A DNA stretch of 57,333 nt, counting the filler, from Catajapyx aquilonaris (lineage: Eukaryota): NCBI GenBank assembly GCA_000934665.2. It is 3 parts of 3 records of this genome, joined end to end, with 100 filler letters (N's around TTAATTAATTAA, not from the genome) between each part and the next. Parts side by side here need not be neighbours in the genome. Positions count along the whole stretch, not along the records: positions 19,145 to 38,197 come from JYFJ02006541.1; 2 more parts are not named here. One strand, given 5' to 3'. The notes under the pieces were generated by a model, which saw only the letters and a program-made list of their open reading frames with translations, searched no databases and was not told where the DNA came from. Below are positions 24,231 to 37,230 of this stretch, piece after piece. The stretch's first letter is position 1. The number at the start of each line of letters is the position of its first letter. A program made the position numbers and the translations under genes.

Positions 24231-24824
24231 AAGGACCTGTTCAAAGTTATCCTGACTAAGAAAGGCAACCCACATGGTACAATGATTCATGTCTTTAGAG
24301 TAGTGCATATCACTGAAACTTGGCAACATAGGGAAGTTGGATCAAAATTGCTGCTGTGAGATGAACTGACAGCTGACCCCCCAGTTTTTGGACCAAGGGT
24401 TTGGTCTGCTTTGCCAACGAACGCCATCTTGAATCCATCCCTCTCTCTCCTCTCTCTCTTTTCGGGGGATCCCTGGAGAGAGAAAGAGAAGAGAGGGAGA
24501 GATACGTGATAGGGCAAACGCGGGGTAGCATTTCGAATGTAGGAGTCTACGGCGGCATTTGACCCACGCAAACATTATTACAACATTTTTACGGTGTTTA
24601 AAAAAACATGAATTTACTAATCAAACAGTTCACCATGTGGCAACATTTTTAAAATACTACCAAGGCCGCTAGGTAGCAACTACTACCACATCAAAGATAC
24701 AGTAAGTGGCAAACACAGCGGCCTTTAGAGTAAAACTACATGCATAGAATATACACTACAAGATAAGCCTGAATTTTGTGGTTTGGGTTGCAGGGCTACT
24801 CAGGATAACTTTGAACATGTCCTT
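24231..24824. mobile_element. TIR element (possibly Kolobok-like)
   Basis: AAGGACCTGTTCAAAGTTATCCTGA...TCAGGATAACTTTGAACATGTCCTT, with TTAA overlapping the left end. Confidence 0.6.
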
Positions 24825-25384
24825 TGTTTTCCTGGGACTTGCTTGTAACCATGTCCATGTACGTTTTACTGACTGACTTTTGCATGGATCCTTGTACATC
24901 TGATATTTTACTTTTCGCAATGCTAGATTTCACTTTTCTTATTCACTCTGTTGCACACTGTTTTCACCAAAAATAGCACCCAAAACAAATTGTGCGCCCT
25001 GCAGACTCCCTATCTGACATGGTAGAATCCATGAGGAGTTCCTATTACTTTTAGGCAGGCAGTAGGTCCTTCAAGCCATTCCACTTGATGGAAAGGTATT
25101 TTAAGACTGTAACTGTTGTATTTATTCAGAACTAAAGCCAGGAAGACTGCATTTTTTTGGCATACAGTATTTTACATGAAGTCTCATGGCTTTTTTTTTG
25201 ATGTTAAATGGAAGTATAAAACTTGTCAGTGTCTTAGGACATGTAAGCCATTGGGGTTGACTTTTTTTTAAATCAAGGAAGGATTCATGTGTATTCAAGA
25301 TGAGCAGTCCAGTCAAAATGAAAGTGATAATTATGTTGTGTTTCGTAGCAACCCCCTGGCACTTCCCTCCTAGCTGTATGGATA

Positions 25385-25628
25385 CGGTAGGTTAATACCT
25401 GTGTCTCTGCCAGGGTAAAATTTGGCGCTGGCGGCGCTACATCGTTCGCTATACCGCCATCTTGTCGCATCTGGTGGTAGGTAGCGGGTGAGTCTGCCTA
25501 TTGGCTCGATCTGGCTCGATCGCAGACTTACCACCAGATGCACCTTGACAAGATGGCGGTATAGCGAACGATGTAGCGCCGCCAGCGCCAAATTTCACCC
25601 TGGCCGAGACACAGGTATTAACCTACCA
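25385..25628. mobile_element. Fold-back MITE, CGGTAG-ended family
   Basis: TA|CGGTAGGTTAATACCTGTGTCTC...GAGACACAGGTATTAACCTACCA|TA, near-perfect hairpin. Relative at 43387-43625. Confidence 0.8.
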
Positions 25629-25984
25629 TATTCAAGGAGTGTCATAGGGCTGTTTGGGAGACTCGGAACATGGGATATTACAATTTGAAGGTATCTGTCG
25701 CGTTACCAGTGAGATGAACGAAATTGATATGCATGTTCCAGTTGGGTTCACAGAAAGAAAGCAAATTAATGAATAATGCTTTGGTGCTCATTTGAATCTC
25801 TCAGATTTTGCCCAGAAGTAATGAGAAATAATGACCCCAGGTATTGTGAAAAGGGAGCTGTTAGATTCCAACCAGGGAAAACGGTGCTAATAGCATCACA
25901 ACAAATCTGATTTTAAATGTGGTGGGTATCTTGTATGCCCTTTTGGTATTGCCAAGTCAGTGTCTTTGTGTGTATGCTCTTTAA

Positions 25985-26504
25985 CCCTTTGACGGTGGGG
26001 TATTTTGGGCCGTTTTTTTCAGTTTCTTTAAAAATTTTGTAGTAGGAGTGATATTAATGAAAAACCATATGCTCCTATATGTATCATTTTAACTTGTGGT
26101 GGCCCTTTTTAATGTAATATGACCCAAAAAAATCATCTACAGGGTGTTCCAGAAAAAAATTTAAAGTGCAATTAACTTTAAACTTAATTTAATTAATTAA
26201 AAATTTTAAAGTCACTATAAAATTGTTACTATGGTTACATAATAACACTAAAACACTGTACTATGAGAAATCCTTAAGTACCCAGAATTACGGGACACCC
26301 TGTTCTGACGCCATGGGAGGGGTTATTTTTAGCTCACGCTGGGAGGCGGAAAAACTGATTAGCATACGCCATGGTAGTTGAGCCCCCTTCCAAGAGGTGG
26401 TAGGAGCAGTTTGCGCCTCAAACTGTGCCGTTTCTGTCTAAACCCTAGCGCACCCAGTTCAAAAACCCGAAGATCATCATATGATGCACGTAGGCCTCAA
26501 AGGG
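25985..26504. mobile_element. piggyBac-like non-autonomous element
   Basis: TTAA|CCCTTTGA...TCAAAGGG|TTAA. Confidence 0.65.
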
Positions 26505-26763
26505 TTAACAGGTCCAATGCACACAGCTTCACTAATTCAATGGCTTGGATGTAAAAGAGCTATGTCCCTAATTCTCTGTCATTAAAAATAAGTTATGGAG
26601 TATTATTTTTAATTGTGTTCTGCTTGAACCCATCAGTCCTGGCCATATATGAGGGGTCTCAAGTAAGAGGAGATTTATCTATTTGCTGATAACCTGCCAT
26701 GTATGGTGCTCACAAGGTGTTATGGACAAACTTTAAAAAATTACAGTGTATTTTTAGTTAAAC

Positions 26764-26977
26764 CAGTGGTTTCCAACCTTTTACCAACTCCGACCCCCTA
26801 AGCATGTTTCAATAAATGTGCGACACCCCCCCACCAATTGCCCCCTTTCCAGAAAACATACACTCTATACGGCTGCAAAAATGGTTAAATTTACTCAGAA
26901 ATTGCACAAAAAACAGTTGAACCAAGGCTCGCGACTCCCCGCGACCCTGCCTGCGACCCACCGATTGGAAACCACTG
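26764..26977. mobile_element. hAT-type MITE
   Basis: TIRs CAGTGGTTTCCAA / TTGGAAACCACTG. Exact 8-bp TSD AGTTAAAC (26756-26763, 26978-26985). Confidence 0.9.
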
Positions 26978-26992
26978 AGTTAAACTGTAATA

Positions 26993-28681
26993 CTAGCCCA
27001 ACACCAGTGAAGTTCGCCTAGCACGTAAATCACCTGCATGTCGATGTTACAAATACGAATTACTTGGGAATGAATCATGTTTTAATTGCACAACTTATAT
27101 GCCAATGAGCCTCATGGAAGAGCAATGTTGGGGCGAGATATCAATGCATTTGTCAGTGGAACAAGAAGAATAGGACAGTATTTATTTAGCGCACCATGGG
27201 CAATGGAGTTCGCCCAGAGCGCTAAACGCGCCACAAAGTTCGCCTAGAAGCAGGTGGCATCGCCATGGGCAGCAAGGACGGCCTCCACACAACATGACAT
27301 GTGTTGAATGAGCTCTGGCACTCGGCTGGAGTGATGGTGTCCCAAACCTCCCGCAGTTTGGCCCTCAAGGAATGCCTTGGTGCAAAGATGATTCCTCTAA
27401 AGTACCTGCTTCATGATTTTCCAGTCTTCTCAATCGGATTGAGGTCCAGGGTCCAGGCTGCTCGATGGCCACGTAAAATGTCAATCCCCTTGTCTGCCAG
27501 CCACTTGCTTCCGCTGTTTTGGTAAGATGCAAAATCCTGTTGAAATATTGCGTTGATATTCGGATGTAAGGTTGCTGTTGAGGGCGCACACAGCGGATGG
27601 TCTCTCAAAATCTCCTGAAACATGCTCGTATCCATGGTGCCATTGATGCCGGGAAAGTTGCCAAGGCCAACACTACCCATGCATCCCCACACCATAATTC
27701 TGTGTGCATGTTTGACGGTTCTAGTGAGACATTGGGATGGTACGCCTCTTCTTTGTTTGCAGTACTCAATTATGGATGTCTTTGTACTGACTAATTCACC
27801 ATGAAACATAACTAATACCACATCTGATGTGCCCAATGCTTCCATCCCTTCTCCCAAGCAAGTCTTTTTCATGTTCCAGTGCCTTTAAGGGGGGTTTCTT
27901 CTTGGCCTATTGTCAAGAGGGCAGGCCCTGATTTCTTGAATTCCCTGTTAGTCTTTGAGAAGTTGCACATAAAAGTTCAACTTCATGTCATGGATGCAGA
28001 GTCGACAGGTTGTTGTGTGGACCATCTTTTGCTTCACAACTGACCATTTTGAAATTGATGGTCGCTGCTCCTTTCACTATATTGCGACACATTTTTCTCA
28101 TCTCTCGGTTTTTCCTTGCTGCTGTTGCCTGGTGACGTCCATAATAAGGTTTTTCTGAATGATTCTTGTAGTTTTGTTACTTCAAGCGATGCCCCTAGCC
28201 ATTGAGCATGGCACATGCCCTTCTTGAGCAACCACATAAACAGACTTTCCTTCTTCAGAGCTCTTCCATTTCACCTTGTGTACCTCTGGAGGAATGGGCT
28301 TACCACCTCCCGTGATTGTTATTTTCAGACATCGAGTGCAATGAGTAATGGCATTATGGTGCAGGGCAAAAGACGTGCACTTTTTTTTTTTTCATCTGCC
28401 ACGACCGTAAAAGTCTGTATTTAACAGTGGGTGAACTTTGTGGCGCGTCTAGTGCTCTGGGCGAACTCCATTGCCCCTGGCGCGCTAAATAAATACTGTC
28501 CTATTCTTCTTGTTCCACTGACAAATGCATTGATATCTCGCCCCAACAATGCTCTTCCATGAGGCTCATTAGCATATAAGTTGTGCGATTAAAACATGAT
28601 TCATTCTCAAGTAATTCGTATTTGTAACATCGACATGCAGGTGATTTTTGTGCTAGGCGAACTTCACTGGTGTTGGGCAAG
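26993..28681 (-). mobile_element. Tc1-like element with ~250-bp TIRs and decayed transposase
   Basis: TA-flanked long TIRs. Minus-strand relic VKHAHRIMVWGCMGSVGLG...INGTMD...IFQQD...DLNPIE with frameshifts. Confidence 0.9.
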
Positions 28682-28910
28682 TATAAAGATGGGTACCATT
28701 TTGCATTTCTTGTGAACTTTGGGAGTGAGCCGTCAGTAGTAAAATGCTACTAGCAAATTGTTATTGATATGATTGTAAAGGACAATATTGGGTTCAGAAC
28801 CTACCTCTCGGGTTGATCTGCAAGGCTACTGCTCTGTGGGTGGCAGCCATAAACAATTCTTTTGCTACAGGCTGGAGAATCAATGCATTTCAATTGTTGC
28901 ATGAGACATA

Positions 28911-29160
28911 TGAAGACTTTGGGGGAAGAACGATCAAGGTCCACCTCAGGTGAAACTGAGATATTCCTATTTCAAATTTCGAAGGCCCATAAGGTTCTAT
29001 TGTAAATCCCACTTTCGGGCCTTTCCATAGTGACCTATGATTATTACTCCACAACCACTACCAAACCATCATATTCTGCACTGGTTCGACTATCTTCTGA
29101 GATATGTAACTAATTTTTGACAAAAAGTGGACCTTGATCGGTCTTCTCCTGAGGTCTTCA
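28911..29160. mobile_element. TA-flanked MITE
   Basis: TGAAGAC...GAAGAACGATCAAGGTCCAC / GTGGACCTTGATCGGTCTTC...GTCTTCA. Confidence 0.7.
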
Positions 29161-30364
29161 TATAATCCTATTAAGTGTAACCCGCCCACACACACACATC
29201 ACTTTTTGATGTGACCCACACCAACAGCAGCGTCTGGTGATGAGGCCCCCAAGAGGCTAAGAAACAATCCCCTTCTGACAGTTTCTTGCAAGGTCCACCC
29301 TGTTAGCAACGTCAACCTTTCAGGGGGAATTCCTCCCTAACTGCATAGTTACTTGTAAACAAATTATTTTTAAAACTAAAAAATAGTCCTGTTGAGTTAA
29401 TTTTTTGGTGGAAAATGTTGATGGTTTTGGAGGAAATTCTTATCAAAATTGGGAGGACAAGGTGAACAGTATTTTGCATAATTTTTTCATATGGGAAAAA
29501 AATGAAAAAGCTCATATTGGTCAAATTTTTTGGCCTACTTATTGTTAGTGTTCTTGGTTATAAATTTTTGATATTTTCCCTAATTATAAAAAGTTTAAAA
29601 AAGCTCTACAAAGACCTCATTACTTTCTGGAAAAAGATACTTGCATTTCACAGACAATTTTGTTACCTCCCATCCACCACCTTTTCTGAATGCCATTCAC
29701 TCCAGAGAAGGCAGCATGATAACTTCTGGTGATAAGAGGCTTGGAAAGGCTTGAAGTTGTCATTTGTCATGCATGACTCACAAACCTTGGAAATTATCAT
29801 ATGCAAGACGTGACAACAGCCAAGTTTTTCTGAGCCTCTTGCTATCATACATTGGCTTGTCAAGTGGGTGGCATTTATGTAATTTGTTTAAAAAAGTATG
29901 GGGCACAAACTCTGTGTTAGGATGGTGTTCAAAGCAGGCCGACAAAGGCTATGACAAGTACCTCCGAGACCCTAATCAGACAGGTGATACATACATTCTG
30001 CTGGACATAAATATATACGGTACAGGGTTCGGAAATTTAATCTACCTTCGCTTTGGGGGGTGGTAGAAGGGTTCTACGCGATCATTTTAAGAACAGGTAT
30101 CGTGCGTCTCTGGAGCATAGTTACCGAGATGATGTGCTTCAAACACAAAGTATAAAATATCCTGGCAGGTATGCATCCCTCCATGCAACCTTACCTTTTT
30201 CATTTAAATAAGGTGTTATCATGCAATTTAAATTTAAATCGCAACCCATTAGCCGTAGCAGACAGTGGCCTAGGGCTCCAGGCGATGGAAGTGTCGTAGG
30301 CTGAATCCGAAACATAGAAGCTGGTATAATGCACTTTTTATTCAATGCTAATTATTTCAGTAAC

Positions 30365-30625
30365 GGGTGACATAGTGGCGAAGTGGTTAGCGCCTCTGAG
30401 GTCCTGAGTTCGAACCCCGGGTCGGACGGAGGATACTTATGTGGATAGAGTTTCGATGGATTCTCTCCGTGTTCGCGTGGGTTATCTCGGGGTTCTCCCG
30501 TTTCCTCCCACAATCAAAATCCATCACAGCGCAGGCAATGATTAAAGACAGTTCACGAAAAGATGATCCCCTAAGAGGTCCAAGGAGGCCTATCACAGGG
30601 TATCCATAATTTATTTATTTATTAA
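30365..30625 (+). mobile_element. tRNA-derived SINE, family C (V-domain-like core)
   Basis: A-box AGTGGCGAAGTGG, B-box AGTTCGAACCC, core CTCCGTGTTCGCGTGGGTTATCTCGGGGTTCTCCCGTTTCCTCCCACA, (ATTT)n tail. Confidence 0.85.
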
Positions 30626-31747
30626 TTTATTATCTCGGTAACTATGCTTTGGAGACCCATGATACCTACACTTAAAATGACCGCCTAGAACGCTTATAAT
30701 ACCATCCCGCAAAGCTAAGGTATATACTAAATTTCCAAACCCTGTATATTTATGGCAGTTGACGAAGTTTTTTTTTTTCTTTTTTGCAAAGTAATGGTTT
30801 CTGTATATACAAGGACATTGAACGCAATTTTGTCCTTTACATGCTGCCCATAACAACATGCAAGAACATGCAAGATCTTCTGACCCCTCCCAAAGGAGCA
30901 AAAAACCTCTTGTCCAGAAGGGGTTAACATATGTGTTGGTATTGATTATGTGCTGTAATAATATTGTATTGTAGTTTTTGTGGAAGAAACCTTTTTAACA
31001 CTTTTTATGTCTTAGAATGTGGAGCACCAAACTCCGTATCATAAATCTAGCTGGTTTGCCCTTGTCATAAATTGTTGATGAATTTTTTGTCCACAAATAA
31101 CAATAAGCACAATAAGGTTGGATTTGTTTTAGTGAGTTCAGTGCTCCTTTGCCCTAAGAGATCTTTTTACTTTTTTTATCACCAACCTCTACCTCCATAC
31201 CAAGACCTAATTCCATGCCACAAAATAATTATTTTGGACAGTGCAGGGAATACTTTTCCACAGCCTGCCATTAATTCAACGAGCCACTGCTAGAATATGA
31301 GTGGTTATCTGTGTTCATTGGGAAGAGAAGAAAAAGGCAATCTGTGTCACATGCTGCTGCGTAAGTTTATTACATTTTAGTGGCAGACTTGAACAATGAT
31401 GATGAAAAATCACTCCCAGAGTGAAATATTATTAAGGGGTACATGGCCAGTTTTAGCACTAGTCTTGGTCTTAGCCTTAAGGATCTGACAATCAATATGT
31501 GCTGAAGGACCACAGGATGGGAAGAAGGATGAAGCAGCCTGACCCAATTGGAAGGTCCTTCGGACTGAAGATTAAGATTAGTGCTAAAACTTCTAGTGTG
31601 CAGACCCCTTCTTGGTACCGGTACTGAGAGGCTTCGTTGATATGCAAAAATGTACAATCGTGTGCTATTGAGCAGTTACATGTTTTATACAGGGGGGACT
31701 ATTTCAGGCAGTTAATAATTTTTGTACCATTTGGCATAATAATAAAC

Positions 31748-31813
<66 letters not shown>
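31748..31813. repeat. (GAT)n microsatellite
   Basis: Read directly from sequence. Confidence 0.95.
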
Positions 31814-31814
<1 letters not shown>

Positions 31815-33334
31815 ATCATGCCAAACATCATTGTAACTACATGATGGCAAAGACTGGGATACAAACATCATTTTCCAAATAATTGTGGTACCAGATTTTA
31901 TTATTCACTTTCACCACTGAATGTAGTCCTTTGTCTATTGGTCACTCACTCCCCTTTATCACTCGAGCCTTTTTTGAAGGTACCGAAACATGTGACGGTC
32001 ACTCAGTTGAAGTCCTAACCATGCCTGCTTGAATCCACCGATTAAATAATATATTGTCAAAGTCTTTTAGTAGCACCATGCAACATGAATTCAGCTACCA
32101 TCATGCATTCTGCTGCAATAGTTCAAGAGGAATATGTTTGAAAATTATGAATGTGGTCCACACCTTACAGAAGGAGGGACCTCACTTTCTTTGCCAGCCC
32201 TGGAAAACTTTTGGCAGGTGACAGGCCATATAGTGACCAGGATGTGAAGGATTAGATAGACAGACTCCTTCACCAAGGCTCACAAAATGCATTCCCACTG
32301 TCCAATGCTTCAGTCGGCAGGGTGTTTGTGTGCAGTGCAGTGATACCTGCCTGTAGCGGACCCTGGATATAAAGGAAACTTTTCTACAGTGGAAAGGTTT
32401 TGTGGTACTGGCAGTGAGTTAGAATCTTCCATCTGTTTTTGTTTCACATGGTGGAACTTGCTTAGTAGCATGGAAATGCGCAGCAATTTTTGGTTGCTCA
32501 CTTAAGAGCCCTGTATTACATTGCATAATTTATACGGTACTCTTTTAAAGGCTGTTTCACAACTTCGGCAAATGGGGATCAGGAAAAAAAATGTTCATGA
32601 AGTATCACATTCATGGATGAAAAGTTGGCTGCAGGCCTGACAAATTTAGTTTTTACATGGACTAGCGTCACCAATTCAAAGACATTTTTATGCTGTGTAA
32701 ATTCTTTTCTGTAGTTTAGTGTTGTCCCATATAGTGGAAATTTGTGTATTAAGGAAATATTTGCATTACGGAGCGATTCTGATATACTAGCTAAAGATCT
32801 CTACCATCACGTAGTATGTTGATTTTGGGAGAAGCTGCTTTAACATTTTTTATGGCCAAACAAATAAATGTGTCTGAAGTAGCCCTCACACTCAGTAGGC
32901 TCTTAGTTTGGACAGTCATAAACATTCATTTTTTGAACAATAAAGCAGAATCTTTCAGAATAGTTTTCATAATGTAAAGCAGGATGGTAATATGCATTCA
33001 AAAATATCAGTCTTGCTTCACTCAGTCTTCCTGACAGTTTCCGAGAAGCTACAGTGATCACCAGGGCTTTGGTGCTCAACTCCAGGCGTTCTTCCTAGAG
33101 ATTTGCCAGAATATTATGAAACGCACTGTCAAGCCCTAGAAAATGGCTATTATAGCGTAGTTTTTGTGTGTAAAATGTAGAAGAAAAAAATGTACCAGTA
33201 TGCCCATGCAGGCATGTAACTATAGCCACCAATGTGCATTATCTGAAATTAGGTCATTTCCGTTTTTACCGGCATGCCACTATTTGTTGGGTAATATGGC
33301 AAACGTCATTCCAGACTTTCTTAAATTAACAGAG

Positions 33335-33384
<50 letters not shown>
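33335..33384. repeat. (AAT)n microsatellite
   Basis: Read directly from sequence. Confidence 0.95.
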
Positions 33385-33385
<1 letters not shown>

Positions 33386-35415
33386 TAACTACCGGAAGTC
33401 ATAATTATCCTGAGGAACCTGGCAGTACGAGAACCATTGCAAACAGTCCACTTTATTTACCAAGCAAGTTTCAGCGTCATAGTCCTACGTATGAGTATAT
33501 TATTTGCTTTACCTTACGGATAGAACAGGCATATGTGTGCATAATGAAAACTTTAGCAGTAGTTTTTTGAAATGGAGGGAAAAATAGTTTGGTGTAGTGC
33601 CATTTACAGCGAACCTTTTTATCAAGCCAAATGAAACTTTATTGCATTTTTAAAGCAGTACATTTCGTTGTGTACCTGTCATCAAAATACTCGGAAATCG
33701 TGCTGCGAAAATATTTGTCCAAATATTTTGATACAACTACAAAAAAAAACCTCCCCCCCGTCCCCCATTTTGCTGCAAAAAGCGCCATGTCAGTTCCAAA
33801 TTGAATTTGTCAACAAACATGATGCGACACCGCAAGCAAGAGCTCCGTTGACTGACACGAATCAAATTACTATCGGATGGGAAATCAAGAAGGGCAAGCA
33901 GCATCTGCGCTATTTAGGTGTGTGTGTGTGTGTATGTATTTTTTCGAGTAGGATACATTGTAGGGATAGTGCAAATGCGACTCACGTCAGCAGAATGAAT
34001 GGCAGTTGCAAGTGGGAAGTGGTTAGGAAACGCGTTTTCCATTTGATGCTGCAAATCGGCGGCGTGGCAGGCGAGGGCTCGTCTGTTTCATGCTTGTTTC
34101 CATCAGACATCGCTTCTCTTCTGTCTGTCTATCTCGAATCTCCCTTGGGAGTTCCTCTTCCCCCATCTTCTTACCACTCCACGGATTTTTATTCCTTTCC
34201 CAGCCGGGATGATCGGGGAGAGGAAATAAAAATGAAGCTATTTGGGTAGCGCTAGGTGGTCTGAGCATGATCCCCGTGGGAACGATCGACTACGGTAAAC
34301 ACAGGTTTACATGCCCCATTAATTATAATGGTTTCCATTAGACCAATTAAATTAACCGAATGAGTGATATTAAAGTGGCGCGGATGATTGGATCCAACAA
34401 TAGCCCCACTCGTGGTCATAATTTAGGCCTTGTGGAGCTGCGGAAAGGGGAAAAAAAGAGGCGGAGCTCTCTATAATTGCGGAGGTCGATCGAAGCCGCA
34501 TTATCTTTTCAACCTGTTGTGAAAAGAGAAACATGTTTGTAGTGTCACACTGGGGTATAGTGCGGACGGCCGGCTGGGACGTGGAAGTCAGCTGATATGT
34601 TGGCCAACAATATTATATTGGATTGCAACGTGTGCTTCCATCAAAAAGTACGCTGTCAAGTTTAGTGTCTTATATGAGGCAGCCAGAAAATGATTGCATC
34701 CTCAATTATTTTTGAATTAAATATCTTGTAGGCAATGGAGAATCGTGGTTGTTGTAAATAATATAGTAATGACACACTCAACATGCCAGTCTGTGCCATT
34801 GTATGATATGATATTATATAAAAGTGGCACCTATATATAGTTTACCTAGCTGGATTGCATTTTTGCTGACTCTCCTTAGCGCAAATGTCTAACAGTAATA
34901 TGTCTAAGATTTCATATAAATAAAAATTATGCAAGTGTTGCTTTGCAGTTTTATTGCTAGCACATTCATCAACTTGAAATTATACATAATTATGATGTAC
35001 CGATTAATCTGCAATGATTTGTCCCTTGCTACCTGTCACTTGCATTATAAACAAAAAAAAATATCAGCCAATACTTGAGTACGCGTAACTAACACCCAAG
35101 TACACTTTCTTCCATGACCCCTTCCTGAACCGATGTGGACTAGGGCACCAAGGCGCTGAAACCACCCGTCCATATAATTGTCACACAACAAACAAAATCA
35201 TTCAAAGAAATCGTCAAATGTGCAGTAATAAAAAGATGGACGTACTTTCAGCCCGAAGCACTCAACAATGGAGAAGAACGACCAAGGGTGGAAGAAAGTT
35301 CCTGGGAAATACAACATCAGCGCCTGACAAACACCATGCAATCATGGTTCACACGGATGAGATGGTCAGCATTCCTAGCTGGACGCCTGGTAAAAATAAT
35401 GGAAGTTCAAGCAAA

Positions 35416-35600
35416 TATGTGAATAGAGTTTCGATGTGGTTTCTCCGTGTTCGCGTGAGTTTTCTCGGGGTTCTCCCGTTTCCTCCGACAGTCAAAACCC
35501 ATCATAGCACAGGCAAATTAATAAAGTCGAACATTGAAAAGATGATCCCCTAAATCTAAAAGGTCTAAGAAGACCTACCACGGGGTATCCATTATATTAA
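35416..35600 (+). mobile_element. 5'-truncated family C SINE
   Basis: ATAGAGTTTCGATG...CTCCGTGTTCGCGTG...GATGATCCCCTAA...GGGTATCCAT matches the body and tail of the 30365 copy. No tRNA head. Confidence 0.8.
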
Positions 35601-36033
35601 AATAGTCGCGTTCGGATTCACAGGGTGAGTGACACTAGCGTCATCTTTCACGGGTCAGCAGAGTGTTCCACTTGGTGTTCAATTTCTGCAAAAATCGGTT
35701 GGCCGCGAAGGTGAATGGAAACCCTAGTTTCGCTGACCTTCCTGGTATCCAGCTGAGGTGCCATGGCACTATATGGCACTAATGCTGTCCGCGTCGGAAG
35801 GCTTTTTTTTTTTTCTTTCTCTCAATGACTATTTTCGGGGTTTGAGACTCATTAAGGCATAATTTACGTATATCAATCGTGGGAAATATTAAGCAACAGG
35901 CAACAGCCTATTGGTACTTGTATTAGTAACTATTTATTACTGGTATTAGCATGCGAGTTAGACTTTAATTATGCTGAATTCAATACGCTATATTGAATGC
36001 TGATATGAAGCAGTCGGTTTTATATTCTTGGGT

Positions 36034-36154
36034 GGAATTTTCGTCCCACTGCTAGTTACTGCGAACTTAGCCTTGAACTTAGCAGTTACCAGTGTTGAGG
36101 ATGGTTACTGCTAAGTTAGCAGTAACTATAGCAGTGCAGTGGGACGAAAATTCC
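36034..36154. mobile_element. Small fold-back MITE
   Basis: GGAATTTTCGTCCCACTGC...GCAGTGGGACGAAAATTCC. Confidence 0.7.
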
Positions 36155-36349
36155 TTCCATTGTTTTTAATCATCAGATGCGGTACCAGTATAGTTTTTGT
36201 TAGCTTTCATTGAAACTGCTCTTGTTTTCTGATATAGAGAATTAGTCACAAACCCTGTTTGCTACTGTTTGTACGATATCGTTTTGGCTTGCAGTAGGTA
36301 GAAGTGATAAATAAGAGGTTCGAAAAGTGGGTTTAAGAGTTTGTATATA

Positions 36350-36569
36350 CAGGGTGTTCCAAGTATCCGGGTCACTTTTGGATAACTGCTATCGCCCAAT
36401 AGCAGTTATTTTTTTGTAGCTTGTGCCCCGATTCAGGTGCCCCATTCTCGAATGTAGCAGAAGTTGTAGAATGGGGCAACTGAATCGGGGCACAACAAGC
36501 TACACAAAAATAACTGCTATCGGGCGATAGCAGTTATCCAAAAGTGACCTGGATACTTGGAACACACTG
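36350..36569. mobile_element. Tc1/mariner-type fold-back MITE
   Basis: TA|CAGGGTGTTCCAAGTATCC...GGATACTTGGAACACACTG|TA. Each arm contains its own internal hairpin. Confidence 0.85.
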
Positions 36570-36664
36570 TAGTTTATTTATCCAAAAATTCTTCAACACA
36601 CTATAATATATGCTACAAATGGGGTATACGTATGTTCAACTCCAACAATAATAATTCTGCTGGC

Positions 36665-37209
36665 TGTAACTGTTGCTGTGAGCAAAGTCCTTCTCGCCTA
36701 GCAGGGAAGAGAATATGTCACTGCTGGACCATCTGGCTTCTGGCTGTTCTAGTTGACTGTAGGGAGTCAGTTCGGCCCTCGCTCGTGGCTGGCTTAACTT
36801 CTGGATTCTTCTCGCTCGTAGGTACGGTATAGTTACGTCTCGGACTGGACCCAACTCTCAGAGAACAGGACCTCCGGCTGGTGATACAGCCGGATACAGC
36901 TGACTCGGCAAGGCTCTGCTTTTGGTAGTCTACGTCTGGTCGGTGCTTCGGTGATGAAGTGGGATGAACCGGATGATACGTCCCCTTCCCGAAGGCTAAA
37001 TGGTAAGGAGGGAATGTCACCCTCGAAGCAGTAGGTCCAGTCGGGCAGCGTCCCCCTTTTATTTGGTTCATGTTCACTTAAGGTTGCTGGAGCATGCTGG
37101 GAGAAAGATAAGATAAGGCGGAAAACCTGGGGGAAAAGGAGTGGTGTTCTGCTGGAGGTATGTTTCCCAGGATACCGTGAGGAATAATCCTCGCACTGGC
37201 ACTGTTACA
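36665..37209 (-). mobile_element. Possible solo LTR
   Basis: TGTAAC...GTTACA termini and an AATAAAAGGGGG motif on the minus strand. No matching TSD seen. Confidence 0.35.
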
Positions 37210-37230
37210 ATCTGAAAATGCACGCATTAA

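Noticed and set aside
33668..34249. 193-aa ORF
   Set aside because: Non-ATG start, includes a (GT)n tract, and no recognisable domain.
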